Positions 22,801-31,800 of a DNA stretch of 32,000 nt are shown here, piece after piece (position 1 is the stretch's first letter; each line of letters starts with the position of its first letter). Source of the DNA: an archaeon (GTDB lineage Archaea; Iainarchaeota; Iainarchaeia; Iainarchaeales; CSSED10-239); the NCBI GenBank assembly GCA_035390665.1, contig DAOOUC010000003.1, forward strand, positions 91,056-123,055, given 5' to 3'. A program made the position numbers and the translations under genes. The notes under the pieces were generated by a model. That model was given only the letters and a program-made list of their open reading frames with translations, did no database searches and was not told the origin of the DNA.

Positions 22801-24389
22801 TTTATGTTTTTTATATTAAGATTGATTGTTCCTTGTCCAATATTTATTAATATAGAAACATTAGAATCTGTTGGTGGTGTGTGCGTAAATTTATTTGATT
22901 CTCCAACAACATTTGTTTTTCTTAATTTAACAAAGTAATAGCCTGTTGGAATATTTTCAAAACTTGCCTGTCCATTAACATCTGTAAGTAATGGAGTAAA
23001 TCTTGTATCAATATATCCTAAGTTTCCATCATATAACCATAATGTTGCACCCACAATAGGCAAATTATCTTCGTCTTTTACACTTATATTAATATCAGAA
23101 ACATTACTTACTGTTATTTTTTCTAAAAATATAGAATATTCATTTACATTTGGAGTTATATTTCTTACTTGTGGGATATATCCTTCTGCTTTTGCAGTTA
23201 AAGAATAATTTTTACCGTCTTCTATTCGTAGCATTATTCCGGTTTGAGTATATGCTTTAGTATCAACTGTTTGATTTGCATCTAATATCAATAAAACATT
23301 TGGCATATATTCTACAGAAATTTCTTGATTTGTTTCACTATCTTTTAAAATAACTTTTATATCTCTTGTAACAATAGAAACAATTGAATCTCCTGGATTT
23401 ACAACTTCATTAATTGCATCTAACTCTAAACTTACTTGTGATTCAACATTTTTTGTAACAATAAAATTAGCTGATTTTGTTTGATATCTTGAAGAATCAT
23501 CTGTTGCTGTTACTATATATTCTCCTGTCTCAATATTTGAAAACCTTCTTGCTCCAAATTGAGATTGTCCAGAAGTAACAGGATTAATTGTGTCTTCTAC
23601 TTTATATATTCTTAAAGTAATTCCATCTAATGGGTTTGCTCCACTTTTTACTGTTACTCTAACTTGTCCATATTCTGCTATTATTGATTTTTCTTGTAAT
23701 TGAATTATGCCCGTCTCAGGATTAATAATTACATTTGTTGCTGAATATGTGTTTCCGATAGCTGTTGCAACAAGTCTATTACACATTAAAGGTAATTCAA
23801 ATGTGCCTTTTCCATTTTCTACATTTGTTATTGATGGAACAACAACCTGTGTGCCATCTTGACAAGTAATTGTTACATTTAATTTTTCTGAAACTAATTG
23901 ACCATCAGGCCCAATAAATTGTAATGATTTATTTTGTTTTGATGCAATCTCAAATATATCAACAGTAAAGTTTAATCTTGATTTGCTTAAATCTAATACT
24001 TCTTCTTTATACTTATACCCTTTTTTATTTATGATTAATGCATAATCACCATATTTATTTAATTCAATTGTAAAAATACCTTTACTATCGGTTCTATAAC
24101 TTTGAGTAGAATTACTATTTAAATTTTTTATTTCAAATTCGAAATTTGTTAATAATTTGTTTGTATTATCTGCAATTGCAATTGTATAAACGCTTGTTTC
24201 TTCGGTTAAGTTTGAAGAAAATGGTTTAAATATTAAAAAGAGAATAACAAGAATAATCGCAATAAATAAAAACAAAGAAGCAGTAGGAAAAAGTTTATCT
24301 ATTGGTTTTGTAAGCCATTTAATTGGTATTCTTTCGTTTATTTTTTCAATAGTTGCCTGATATTTTTCTGAAAAACTCATACATTTCAC
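16845..24389 (-). CDS. G3: giant N-terminally anchored surface protein with CarboxypepD_reg/Ig-like repeats and internal hydrophobic hairpin
   Basis: 2514 aa ORF, GTG start in the track; ATG at 24380 is more plausible (GTGA a few nt upstream). N-terminal anchor (LTKPIDKLFPTASLFLFIAIILVILFLIF). Multiple CarboxypepD_reg-like units (e.g. INISVKDEDNLPIVGATLWLYDGN...LTDVNGQASFENIPTGYYFVKL). Internal hydrophobic segment around 19662..19886. Confidence 0.96.
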   Translation of the reverse strand: MKCMSFSEKYQATIEKINERIPIKWLTKPIDKLFPTASLFLFIAIILVILFLIFKPFSSNLTEETSVYTIAIADNTNKLLTNFEFEIKNLNSNSTQSYRTDSKGIFTIELNKYGDYALIINKKGYKYKEEVLDLSKSRLNFTVDIFEIASKQNKSLQFIGPDGQLVSEKLNVTITCQDGTQVVVPSITNVENGKGTFELPLMCNRLVATAIGNTYSATNVIINPETGIIQLQEKSIIAEYGQVRVTVKSGANPLDGITLRIYKVEDTINPVTSGQSQFGARRFSNIETGEYIVTATDDSSRYQTKSANFIVTKNVESQVSLELDAINEVVNPGDSIVSIVTRDIKVILKDSETNQEISVEYMPNVLLILDANQTVDTKAYTQTGIMLRIEDGKNYSLTAKAEGYIPQVRNITPNVNEYSIFLEKITVSNVSDINISVKDEDNLPIVGATLWLYDGNLGYIDTRFTPLLTDVNGQASFENIPTGYYFVKLRKTNVVGESNKFTHTPPTDSNVSILINIGQGTINLNIKNINNETIDFADIRLYNITGEEIGLDQANQSGIYNKKIKADKIVYAKISKTGYYDYFTELMPVIKNETLNKEIKLYRSGYATTPTAELIGLYNISEQSTENFTQNARFNFKFRLITPNPGNLGIRFLIGEKNNITEDIVLIKPILNSIANTAYYSDTLPTRVLQDSPTKMTDTMFSNVQAGVYELTIPVQTLAATRGAAIPIYYSIYTGVAPEPNTLGNQKIYYIDVSELCSEDFCIKGQFVDTEDGIAYDLDETNNGLIVNKTYQFNYEITNAKSNVFYNNRLTIKNIENNNEIPTQAINFLNYTISGAGFSSSSSSGEQTRNSIPFYGDYLDSQTINVYDKIYVNTTIKPVLLGGTRIQNKIISGQLVAYNKMIEITASQQFPFTITYEPQNIVPNKAFTLKVIAMDNSNQPITNAIVNIYQKKGNNQLIALNVGQQRTNDIGVASINLPPLKNAEKIIISVEKSGYYSAPVEIVINQDILSLKQDGSEVKPASPFILNINKSNPQGTEKRLTIVNKTDYPLTLKEFTDDGFSFSNSNYLNIEQLKNYLNSQVGNIVVPANGEADIKLKLAASQDAENLVETLNLVGTITGNVLVGESQTTYPFEIPMNVKLSVGEGVEEDDCLVVNGVSNPWQSIVSGNSAVIQTFTITNNCRVKGNSEESINLKNIRAKIVNDKDMYGNYILTVDGKSITLSEGAYTTIFNDLSPGPHAAIIEYRALDKKFGDVKTKIYINGQVETNDGLKYVNTSKEIAFTTDIAIRKIQDCIDFYDGSKKINNMLVVPKETFEGEIKELNVKNNCSDLGRFKLEFCEGKKWYGCQKVRYDNMEGLLQNEINFNRGDTTQVVGIIKPEVPGAYIIPVKISVLGDTGRAIVNIEKRLKVNVHSSSGLYMEDPFIEMEKTQNEIGTEIYSSQTVRLLNSDINVTPWDYAVQKVEGDTGFSRFMVTSEERPYFEKMLFSLPNELTNQTDDGAEWWNTASTVAASLATTAIIGGALAAGTSSLTMAMVFGSVAGTYAGGAFLGPLYTVLAAIGPWGWAAIGVIAIGGWMASTWHNDYSFNPHYHVLDVSQIYTMPDFETTKEIKIISDGDQEEFVNVFDITGARYFTYLKLIGKTDNDKTNKLTSDEMLDTEMPKCGGKQHQEFFDEYKRIVKNENCNDKFDKYEVTEDQIIAGVQCYGSKPTRNKINLEFEVYTSCKYDKAIWPEQAGIKPIDFVVDYSIDGNSTYQKLLRGDIVYKNITFKPTLNDNNGSQDKAFVGSQPIGDFRFAFISKQYPDSPQVDQNMVDCFTDSGKVGKTGEGAVPKVNLDWTWKTTGFDTNVCSTGNQYCDATQLSQVIIERMKKVEDQLENKEIICPRSTGQVLDQALSGSYNLTSSVPNLDNEIPAGYIGLQNVSARTDGNLVKIGVVIENRTGSLKTGTLNLKLGNQILKSYTELLPNDNCTTERQHTEGTVIGINTINPILNTTVPACENENTAEYWFTYGEQANPLIGNNIKLEVEYSGANTYLEDPNQTYYTTDINLSVHQAQPTGGPCQVPITTAQFNGVDYIDMWFNKEQYPNNVISEWNIEDIQQLKQTIEFDAYLITDNYNKQFQTDFDKAYGGKMSAGQSSTYAFLGAPSYYQNGIYSKLFRDNTEFNLKYTNNQSGVNILVPGKYKVRIDFIFGNEHWDFIRADDLDVNTTVTLTYISGPESDSIFYRMPFNGAVGLTNNGYSRQNYGLAYMGDEITISKQGELPLTTKYSSSSNPKKYLNVQYNKDFFKINSNVETRGNILTIKEQTEDQIQLIYSPNYPNATLMSVTRTNLMPFSAYYQITDPSNQPLYGGTSLGVWNGVGDSNYYDFSGEYVYSRFINFYDRQTTPDERMYNSYAIDWDTVARKGIVNLRTIFYVPYDSHNSIYKLTSKSRGDVIVKFNKDNKNPNDSYTKNLLSNGENYNTDNLTNIFEKVKTNQICVVNSDSGKTTEFYWNPKVIYGNNNIYTGIGITGIN

Positions 24390-24437
24390 TTTTTACAATA
24401 AATATATACTTAAATATATTTATATTAGAAAAGAAAG

Positions 24438-24447
24438 TATTTAAATA
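24438..24447 (-). promoter_or_regulatory. Archaeal-like TATA box upstream of G3
   Basis: TATTTAAATA about 50-60 nt upstream of the G3 start, inside a 96-bp intergenic gap directly after the hairpin/T-tract. Confidence 0.5.
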
Positions 24448-24470
24448 ATATGGTTTTTAAAGAAAAAGAA

Positions 24471-24490
24471 GATGAGCAGAAAAGCTCATC
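24471..24490 (-). terminator. Hairpin followed by T-rich tract at the 3' end of G2
   Basis: Perfect 7-bp inverted repeat GATGAGC-(6 nt)-GCTCATC overlapping the G2 TGA stop. On the minus strand it is followed by TTCTTTTTCTTTAAAAA. Confidence 0.6.
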
Positions 24491-25814
24491 TACAATCAGT
24501 TAATGGTTTAGAATAACAAAATGCTGCTGTTGTTTTACAGGTTGTATTACTTTGACAAGCAGCAACAGAATATAATGAAATTTGATTATTTGTACAGGTT
24601 GCTGCATAAACTGTTTGTGCATCTGGTCTACAAACACACCCAAAAGCACCTGATTGTAACCCAGCATCAGCACATTTCCCCACATCTCCTGTAGTTCCAG
24701 AAGTAAATGTTGTTGTGTAATATTTAATGACTGCTGGTGTTTGAATGGTTGAAGAAGGAATAACCGGCGTATTTGTTACTGGTGCTGACACGGGCACACT
24801 TGGTGTTTCTACTGGAACTTGCGTACTCCAGGTCATAGTTGTATTACATCCAATTGTAGCGCCTTTCCAACAAGAAGTATTTAAATTACCTGGATATTCT
24901 CCTAGATAAATATAATTGTGATTTGTTGGATTCCACATTTTATTATATGGCCCATAAACAACAGTTGATCCATTGAAACATTTTTCAACACCATAGTAGT
25001 TTTGTTTATTACTTCTTACACACACACATCTATAGTTTAAACTATCTTGCTCTATTGGATAATCTTCAATATTACATTGTTGTGCTGCATTTCTAGTAAT
25101 TAAAACATAATTAAAGGTTTTGGTTATTGTTTGTGGCTCAATATAATTGTATTCTAAATTTATTTGGCTAGTGTCTAAAATCCAAGTTAATAAACAATTT
25201 TTTCTTAAATTATTACAATTTTGATTATTTTCATTACAAAAGAACAGAATTATTTTATTATTCATTTCACAGTTTAAAACGGTTTTTTGCTCAAGCAAAT
25301 CTAAATTATAAAAGGTAGCATAGCTTATGGTGACTTTGTCTGGAGTTTTCTGTAAAAATAATAAAACATATGGTTCATTTATTGATTCATTTGTTGTAAA
25401 TTGAAATCTTGACTGAGAATTATTAAATTTAATTTTTGTAATGTTTGAATTTGGATTTAATGTATATCTGGTGTTACCATTATGTAAATTATATCCTGCA
25501 TTTTGATTATCAGCTAAAAAGTTATTTATTTCTGTAATTGCTGAATTTGTTGTATTAAGATTAAAAAACATAACATATGTTGTGTTTGTCGAAAAGATTG
25601 GATTTAGAGTTATATCCACATTCTTTATTTTATTCTTATAATTAAAAACAAATGCCTGCTCTGTTGATTCTGTGGTACTTGATAAAGAAACATAAGATTG
25701 ATCTGAAATATTGTAGTTAACAGAAGCAATTGGTTTTATTTCTAAGGTGTTTGCATTAATTATGGTTATTTGTATTATGCAAAATAAAGCAATTAATAAT
25801 GTTATTTTTTTCAT
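24486..25814 (-). CDS. G2: secreted Cys-rich protein with Pro/Thr/Ser linker and duplicated CVC module
   Basis: 442 aa ORF. Signal peptide (ITLLIALFCIIQITIINA). AGGTGG SD 5 nt before the ATG. P/T/S/V linker (PVETPSVPVSAPVTNTPVIPSSTIQTPAV). C-terminal region with 8 Cys. Confidence 0.94.
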   Translation of the reverse strand: MKKITLLIALFCIIQITIINANTLEIKPIASVNYNISDQSYVSLSSTTESTEQAFVFNYKNKIKNVDITLNPIFSTNTTYVMFFNLNTTNSAITEINNFLADNQNAGYNLHNGNTRYTLNPNSNITKIKFNNSQSRFQFTTNESINEPYVLLFLQKTPDKVTISYATFYNLDLLEQKTVLNCEMNNKIILFFCNENNQNCNNLRKNCLLTWILDTSQINLEYNYIEPQTITKTFNYVLITRNAAQQCNIEDYPIEQDSLNYRCVCVRSNKQNYYGVEKCFNGSTVVYGPYNKMWNPTNHNYIYLGEYPGNLNTSCWKGATIGCNTTMTWSTQVPVETPSVPVSAPVTNTPVIPSSTIQTPAVIKYYTTTFTSGTTGDVGKCADAGLQSGAFGCVCRPDAQTVYAATCTNNQISLYSVAACQSNTTCKTTAAFCYSKPLTDCR

Positions 25815-25832
25815 TTATCCACCTACTAAAAT

Positions 25833-28800
25833 TTATTGAGACTCCTCATTTACTTTTTCTGGATTGTACCACAAACTAATTCTATTTGCATCATAGAAAT
25901 TAAAACAAACATTTTGACTTGTAATATTATTAAATACAGAATTAATATTTTGTAATTCATCTGGTCTAAATTTTTCATTTACAATATTTCCTGGGATTAC
26001 AAAATATTCTTTTTCAGGTATTTCTGAAATTAATGCAGAAGGTACTGCAAATGTAAATTTGTAATTTGTTTGAATTGGTCTTTTTGTAAATAATTCTATT
26101 TTTTGTGTAGGACAATTTACAAATGCAAAGATTGTTGTTTTGTAAGATTTCCCATTTTGTAATAAATATCTATTATTTCCGGTTATTGGCTTTATTTCTA
26201 ATAATTTTGCATCAATATTATCATACCAAAACATATTTCTATCTAAAGACTTCGCCTCATTTCCTGCATTTGTATATTGTAATAAATATGAATTATTTGT
26301 TTTGGAAATAATTTGTATTGGTCTTATGTTTTTATAAATAATGCCATGTATTCCATTACCTCTTGTAGAAATACTTAATAGATATCCATCTTGACCCTTT
26401 GACCAAATATCGTGATTTGTGATTATTTCTGTTTCTTTTGAAATTCCTGTTTCTGATTCTTTAAATAATTTGCCTGTATAATTGAAATAATAAGCATTTA
26501 TTGGATTTGTAAATAACATATTTGATTTATATTTTAAATATTTAGATTGCTCATAATAATTTAAAATACTAGATAAATCACTTTCTTTTATAGAAACTTT
26601 TGGTTCTGTTGGTGTTTCTATAAATATCTTTACGGTTCTTGGAGAATTTATATTTGTTACTTCTGAACTTTCAGAAAATGGCAAGGCTTTTTGTGTAGTT
26701 AAGAAATCTCCTGTGCCTGTAAATATTTCGTTAGTTATTCCTATGTTTGTAGAATTAAATGTCTTCGTGTTGACTACAACAGGATTCAATGCGTCTCCGT
26801 AATATATATTTAAATTTCTTAAAATCTTAGTATTAAATGCAATAAATCTTAATTGAGTATTTTGATCTGCTGCATTAAAGAAATTTTGAATTGTTGGTTG
26901 TGCCCTTAAATGAGATTTTACTGAAAAATAATAATCATCATTAATTTTCGTGAAATTATTGTCTGTAAATATTGTAATGAAATTAGTAATTGTTTCTGCA
27001 TTTAAATCAGTGTCTGGAGTTACTGTTGATTTTAATATTATTATTTCTCTTAAATCTGTAGGTAACTTTGCAATTAATACATCTATAGCTGTTGTGTATT
27101 CACTTAGTGATACTCTTCTTAAATCAGTTATAGATAAAGAATCAATAACAGAGTCTTTGAATAACCCGTCTGTTTTTAATAACGTATTTTCTGAAATAAT
27201 ATTATTTTCTGTTTTAAATGTAACTTCATCTAAAGTATATTTATTACTTGAATTAAGTATTTCTATCTTCTTTAATAAAGTTATTTTTAACTGATCTTGA
27301 TCACAATAGAATCCATAGTCACAATTATTGTGAGTCATTTCTGATTCGTTCCATTTTAATAACAATCTATTAAATCCATAATCATAATAATTTCTTTCTC
27401 CTGTATATCCCGAATTTGAATTAAAGCCCATTGGATCATAACAGAATCCTTCTATACTTGGTGTTGAAATATATTTTACATCCAATGGAACATTTTGATT
27501 ATCATTTGGATCAATACAATCTAATTCTGCTAAATTAAAATCAGCAACAGAAAAGTTGATATTTTTTAATCTTCTATCTTTATTTAACCAATCTATACTT
27601 AAAAATTCTTCTTTTAACATATAATCATAAGGTTGACTAAATCTTAAATTTGTAATTTTAGATTCTATCTCTGTTAATCTTCTTACTGGCCTACTAATAC
27701 AAAATCTTACTTCTCTTGTATCTTCTAAAGATTCTAATTTAAAAATTACATCTCCTCTTGTTGTCATTATTGTTTGATCTTTAATATAATATAAACTTGA
27801 GATAAAATGATTTGTGGAAATATTTGCAATGTTTTCTACAAAACAAACTCTTGCATCTTTCCCATTTTCTTTGAAATTATAAATATTTGCTAAATATTCT
27901 TTATTTAAGTTTATTTGCACATTCATTTCTTGTGGATTTGTATTTTGATTAAAAGTCATTGCGCCTGTTGCATAATAAAATTTAGTATTTCCTGAATTAT
28001 AATCCATTTCCTTTCTTTCAGCTAGTGTTGGCTCGGAAATTAAACAATCAAATGCAACTTTTGTTTGTAATTCTGACTCTACTCCATTAGAATTACAACC
28101 TAAAGATGGAACTTCTGTATTTATTCTAAACACTACTTTTCTTAATTCTTCATCTTTTCTTAGAAAATCTATTCCTAAAAATTTCTTTACTGCATTAAGT
28201 GTATATTCTTTTGAAGAATATAAATTTCTAATTTTAGATTCTTGTTCCATTAATCTTCTTGTAGGTCTACTTAAACAAATTTCTAATTTATTTGAATTAT
28301 CTCTAATTGTTTTTAATTTAATTAATATTATACCGTTGTCTAATATATCTTCTTGTGTATCAATATATGTACCCGAAATATTTAGATTATCAATCACATC
28401 TCCATCTAATGTTTTAACAAAACAAACTCTTGCATCTGTTCCATTTTCTTTGAAGTTTCCAACTTTATTAATATATTCTGAATCTATATTTATATCATAT
28501 ACTAACATATCATCTTCCAAAGCTACAATTTCCTCAGATAACTTAATTGCATCTTTTGCTTTGTGGAAATAATATCTACTTGTTTCTTCATTAAATGGAA
28601 GTCTTTTTCTAAATGAAAATGATTTTTCTGGGATAACACAATCAAAGGTTTGTTTATTTCCTGTTTCTTCTTCTTCACTTGTACAGTCTAATGGTGCTAA
28701 TACTGCTTTTAAAGAAAATATATATGAATTTGTATCTACATTATTTCTTTCTAAATCAAATATGCTTTCGATATTAAGATTATTACCGTTTACTCTTGAA

Positions 28801-31800
28801 TTATTAGTATATCTTATGTCTGATTTGTATTTTATATCATTTATCATTCTTTCATTGTCTGTTAATTCTGTTACAGGCCTACTAATACACACTTGAATAT
28901 TTATGTCCTGGTTTCCTTTAATAATTTTTATTTGAGAAATAATTTGTGCATTTACAAAATTAGAAGTGTAGTTATTTTTAAAATCATAATTTTCTATATT
29001 TATTGTTTTTACGAAACAAACTCTTGCATCTGTTCCATTTTCTCTAAAATTTGTGGTTTTACTTAAATAATCACTATTAATATCTACATAAATCATAGAT
29101 TTTAATATTGTTAATTTTAAAGAATCAGAATCATAAATAAAATTAGCAGTACGATTATTAAATCCTAAATCTAGTCTTTGCTGTATTGTTTTTGGTTCTC
29201 TTACACAGTTAAATTTTGATTCATCTACTATTGTACTTGCTGTTGGCAAATTTTGAGTAATTGTGCTTGGATCTGTTTTTGTTACAGTTTTATTATTTAA
29301 AACCCCGAGATTATAAAAACTATAACCTTCATTTAGTTTTGCTATAATTTGACTAGAATCACTACCAATATCTAACTTATCTGTACTTGAGTAAACATTA
29401 TCATATTGATAATCTAATAAACTTCTATCTCTTATATCAACTAATGTAAATGTAAATATATAAACCATCCAACCCATTACCCTTTCTATTATTTCAAAAA
29501 ATTTACTTGAATGTATTGGGGCATAAATTATCATATCTACAGAATTTACAGTATTATCACACACAGTGTCTGGGACAATAAAATTATACTCGGTTTTAAA
29601 TTTATCTGCCTTATAAACAAAATTAGTTTCTGGATTTACATTATAGCCGTATAATTGGAATATGTTCCCTGCATTTCTTTTTCTTTCATTAATTAAATTA
29701 TTTAAATTTCTATAATTCTTTTCTTTTAAGTTATCTGATTTTGTTATTAAAATATGTGGATAAAAATCTTCATTTTCTAATTCTGATATTCTTTCTGGCG
29801 TCCAAAAGTCATCTTTTAATTTAATATCAACATAACAGCTTTTTCCTGTTTCTGTAACATTCACTGTTGTTTCTTCAACATTAAAATCAACATAAGACAT
29901 TGTTGATCTTGGAACGCAAGATAATGGAGTTAATGCTGTCTTTAAAGAAAATATTGCAGAACCATTCTTTTGTCTTCCGTTTTCTTTATCATATATTTCT
30001 TCAATTGTTAAATTATTATTTTTATATTTTACATCATTAATTATACTTTCATAATCTTCTAATTTATTTAATGGTCTTATAAAACACACACTTAATTTTG
30101 AATCATTTATTTTTATTACTGAAATAACATTTCCATTAGCTAAAACACTGTCTTTATTTTCTAAAACATTATTTGTTTGTAGCTCTGTTAGAATGCTCTG
30201 AGGAATTGCAGTTTCAAAACAAACTCTTGCATCATTTTCATTTTCTTTAAAGTCTTCTACCTCACTTAAGAAATCCGAATTTACAAAAATATTTATTTGA
30301 GTATTATCTGTTGTTAAGTTTATTGCTTCAGGATTAGATACAAATTTAGTGTTTCTTTCATTAAAATCTAAATCTCTTAATCTTTTCTTTAAAGTTATTT
30401 CTTTTTCAGCACATAAAAAGTTTTTATCTGGAATATTTGTACTTATTTGTGGTAATGTTCCTGAGATTGCTGTGTCTTCTACTTTTGTAACAGAAATATT
30501 ATATAAATAATCTAAATTATATAAATTGTTTGTTTCTGCAATTCTTTGACTATCTCTACTTAAGTCTAATGCACCAAGACTGCTATATACATTATTATAT
30601 TTATTATCAAAATAATTTTCATTTCTAGAATCATAAATTGTAAATGATCCAACATATAATAACCAACTCCAGAAATCCCCCAAAGCTCTTAAAAATTTAC
30701 TTGATTTCATTGGCAAGAAAACTACTGCATCCATTGTGTTGGTCTCATTATTACATACTGATTCCGGTACAGTAAAATCATAAGTTGTATTATAGGCTGG
30801 TGCTTTATAAACAAAACTTTTTTTCTGATTCTCTCCATATAATCTAAAAATATTTCGTGCACCATCTCTTTGATCATCAACTAATTGTTCCATAGTTTTA
30901 AAATTTTCTGCTTTATTCTGTGTTGCTTCTGTAACTAAAATATGAGGGAAGAATTCTTCTACTGCTAAAGCATTCATATTTTCTTGCGGTAAGAAAGAAT
31001 TATTTAATTCTACTTTTACTCTACATCCTTTTCCTGTTTCTGTTGAGTTTACATTTACAGAAGTTATATAATCTAATACTCCACCATTACTGTTTGCTGG
31101 AGGAACACAATTAAGTTGTGTTAATCCTGCAGAAACATTAAAATTTATCTCTAATTGTTTTTTCTTTTTTAATCCAAAGAAATAAGTCACACTTTCTAAA
31201 AAACTATCAGGATCATCAATAACATATGTTTTTCTTTCTGTATTAGAACTATAACTTTTTTTTATTGATTCATTAGAGAGTATCATTTCTTCATTTGTAA
31301 TCTCAGACAATGGTCTACTAACACAAACTTCTAATATCCCAGATGTATTTATACTTAATACATAAAATACTTTATTTACACTAATATATCCCTTTGTTTG
31401 TGAAAATACATTGTCTAGTACTTGTCTACTATTTCTTGAATTTAATATTGGTTCTAGCTCTGTTCCTTGTAATTTAGAATTTAAATTTGCTGTAAAACAC
31501 GCTCTTGCATCAACACCATTATCTTTAAAATTATTAGTAGAATCTAATAAATCTGCTGGAATTGTAATATTAATATCAACTGTTTTTATTTTTTTTGCTT
31601 CTTGTATTCTCCCTGCATTTACATTTAATTGATTATTGTAAATTGCGGTATTAGCTGAAAATTCCATTCTATTTTGTCTATAGTCTACTGTTTTTTCTGG
31701 AGTAGCACAATAGAAATTTCCATTTGAAGTTACTATTGATGAAGAGCCGGTAGTATATATTTGTCCTACATTAGTGTTTAATGTTGGTTGAACCTGTTCT

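Larger units (their letters stand above)
27841..31531 (-). repeat. Tandem protein-level modules in G1: A-B-A-B-A-A-A
   Basis: Motif F[KR][ED]N[GE]xDAR[VA]CF occurs five times (approx. plus coordinates 31496-31531, 30217-30252, 29013-29048, 28422-28457, 27841-27876). Each is followed about 60-100 aa later by [VF]C[IV][SI]RPxxxLxxxExxI. B module (TETGKxCxVxxxLxxxFxP...FxPHIL[VI]T...NIFxLYG...FVYKA...VPxxVCxN) occurs twice. Confidence 0.88.

Noticed and set aside
18838-22938. Plus-strand ORFs inside G3 (18838-19101, 19202-19492, 20134-20352, 22019-22216, 22360-22647, 22756-22938)
   Set aside because: All lie fully antisense to a well-supported 2514-codon gene with consistent domain structure.
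27841-31531. Regularly recurring 'caaactcttgcatc' DNA strings suggested a CRISPR or direct-repeat array
   Set aside because: They encode the conserved DARVCF protein motif in frame, are ~600-1280 bp apart and flanked by coding sequence; this is protein-domain duplication, not CRISPR.
24500-31632. Remaining short ORFs overlapping G2 and G1 (24500-24685 minus; 26123-26311, 26950-27294, 28336-28572 and 31411-31632 plus)
   Set aside because: Overlap the long G1/G2 frames, no recognisable motifs, spurious.
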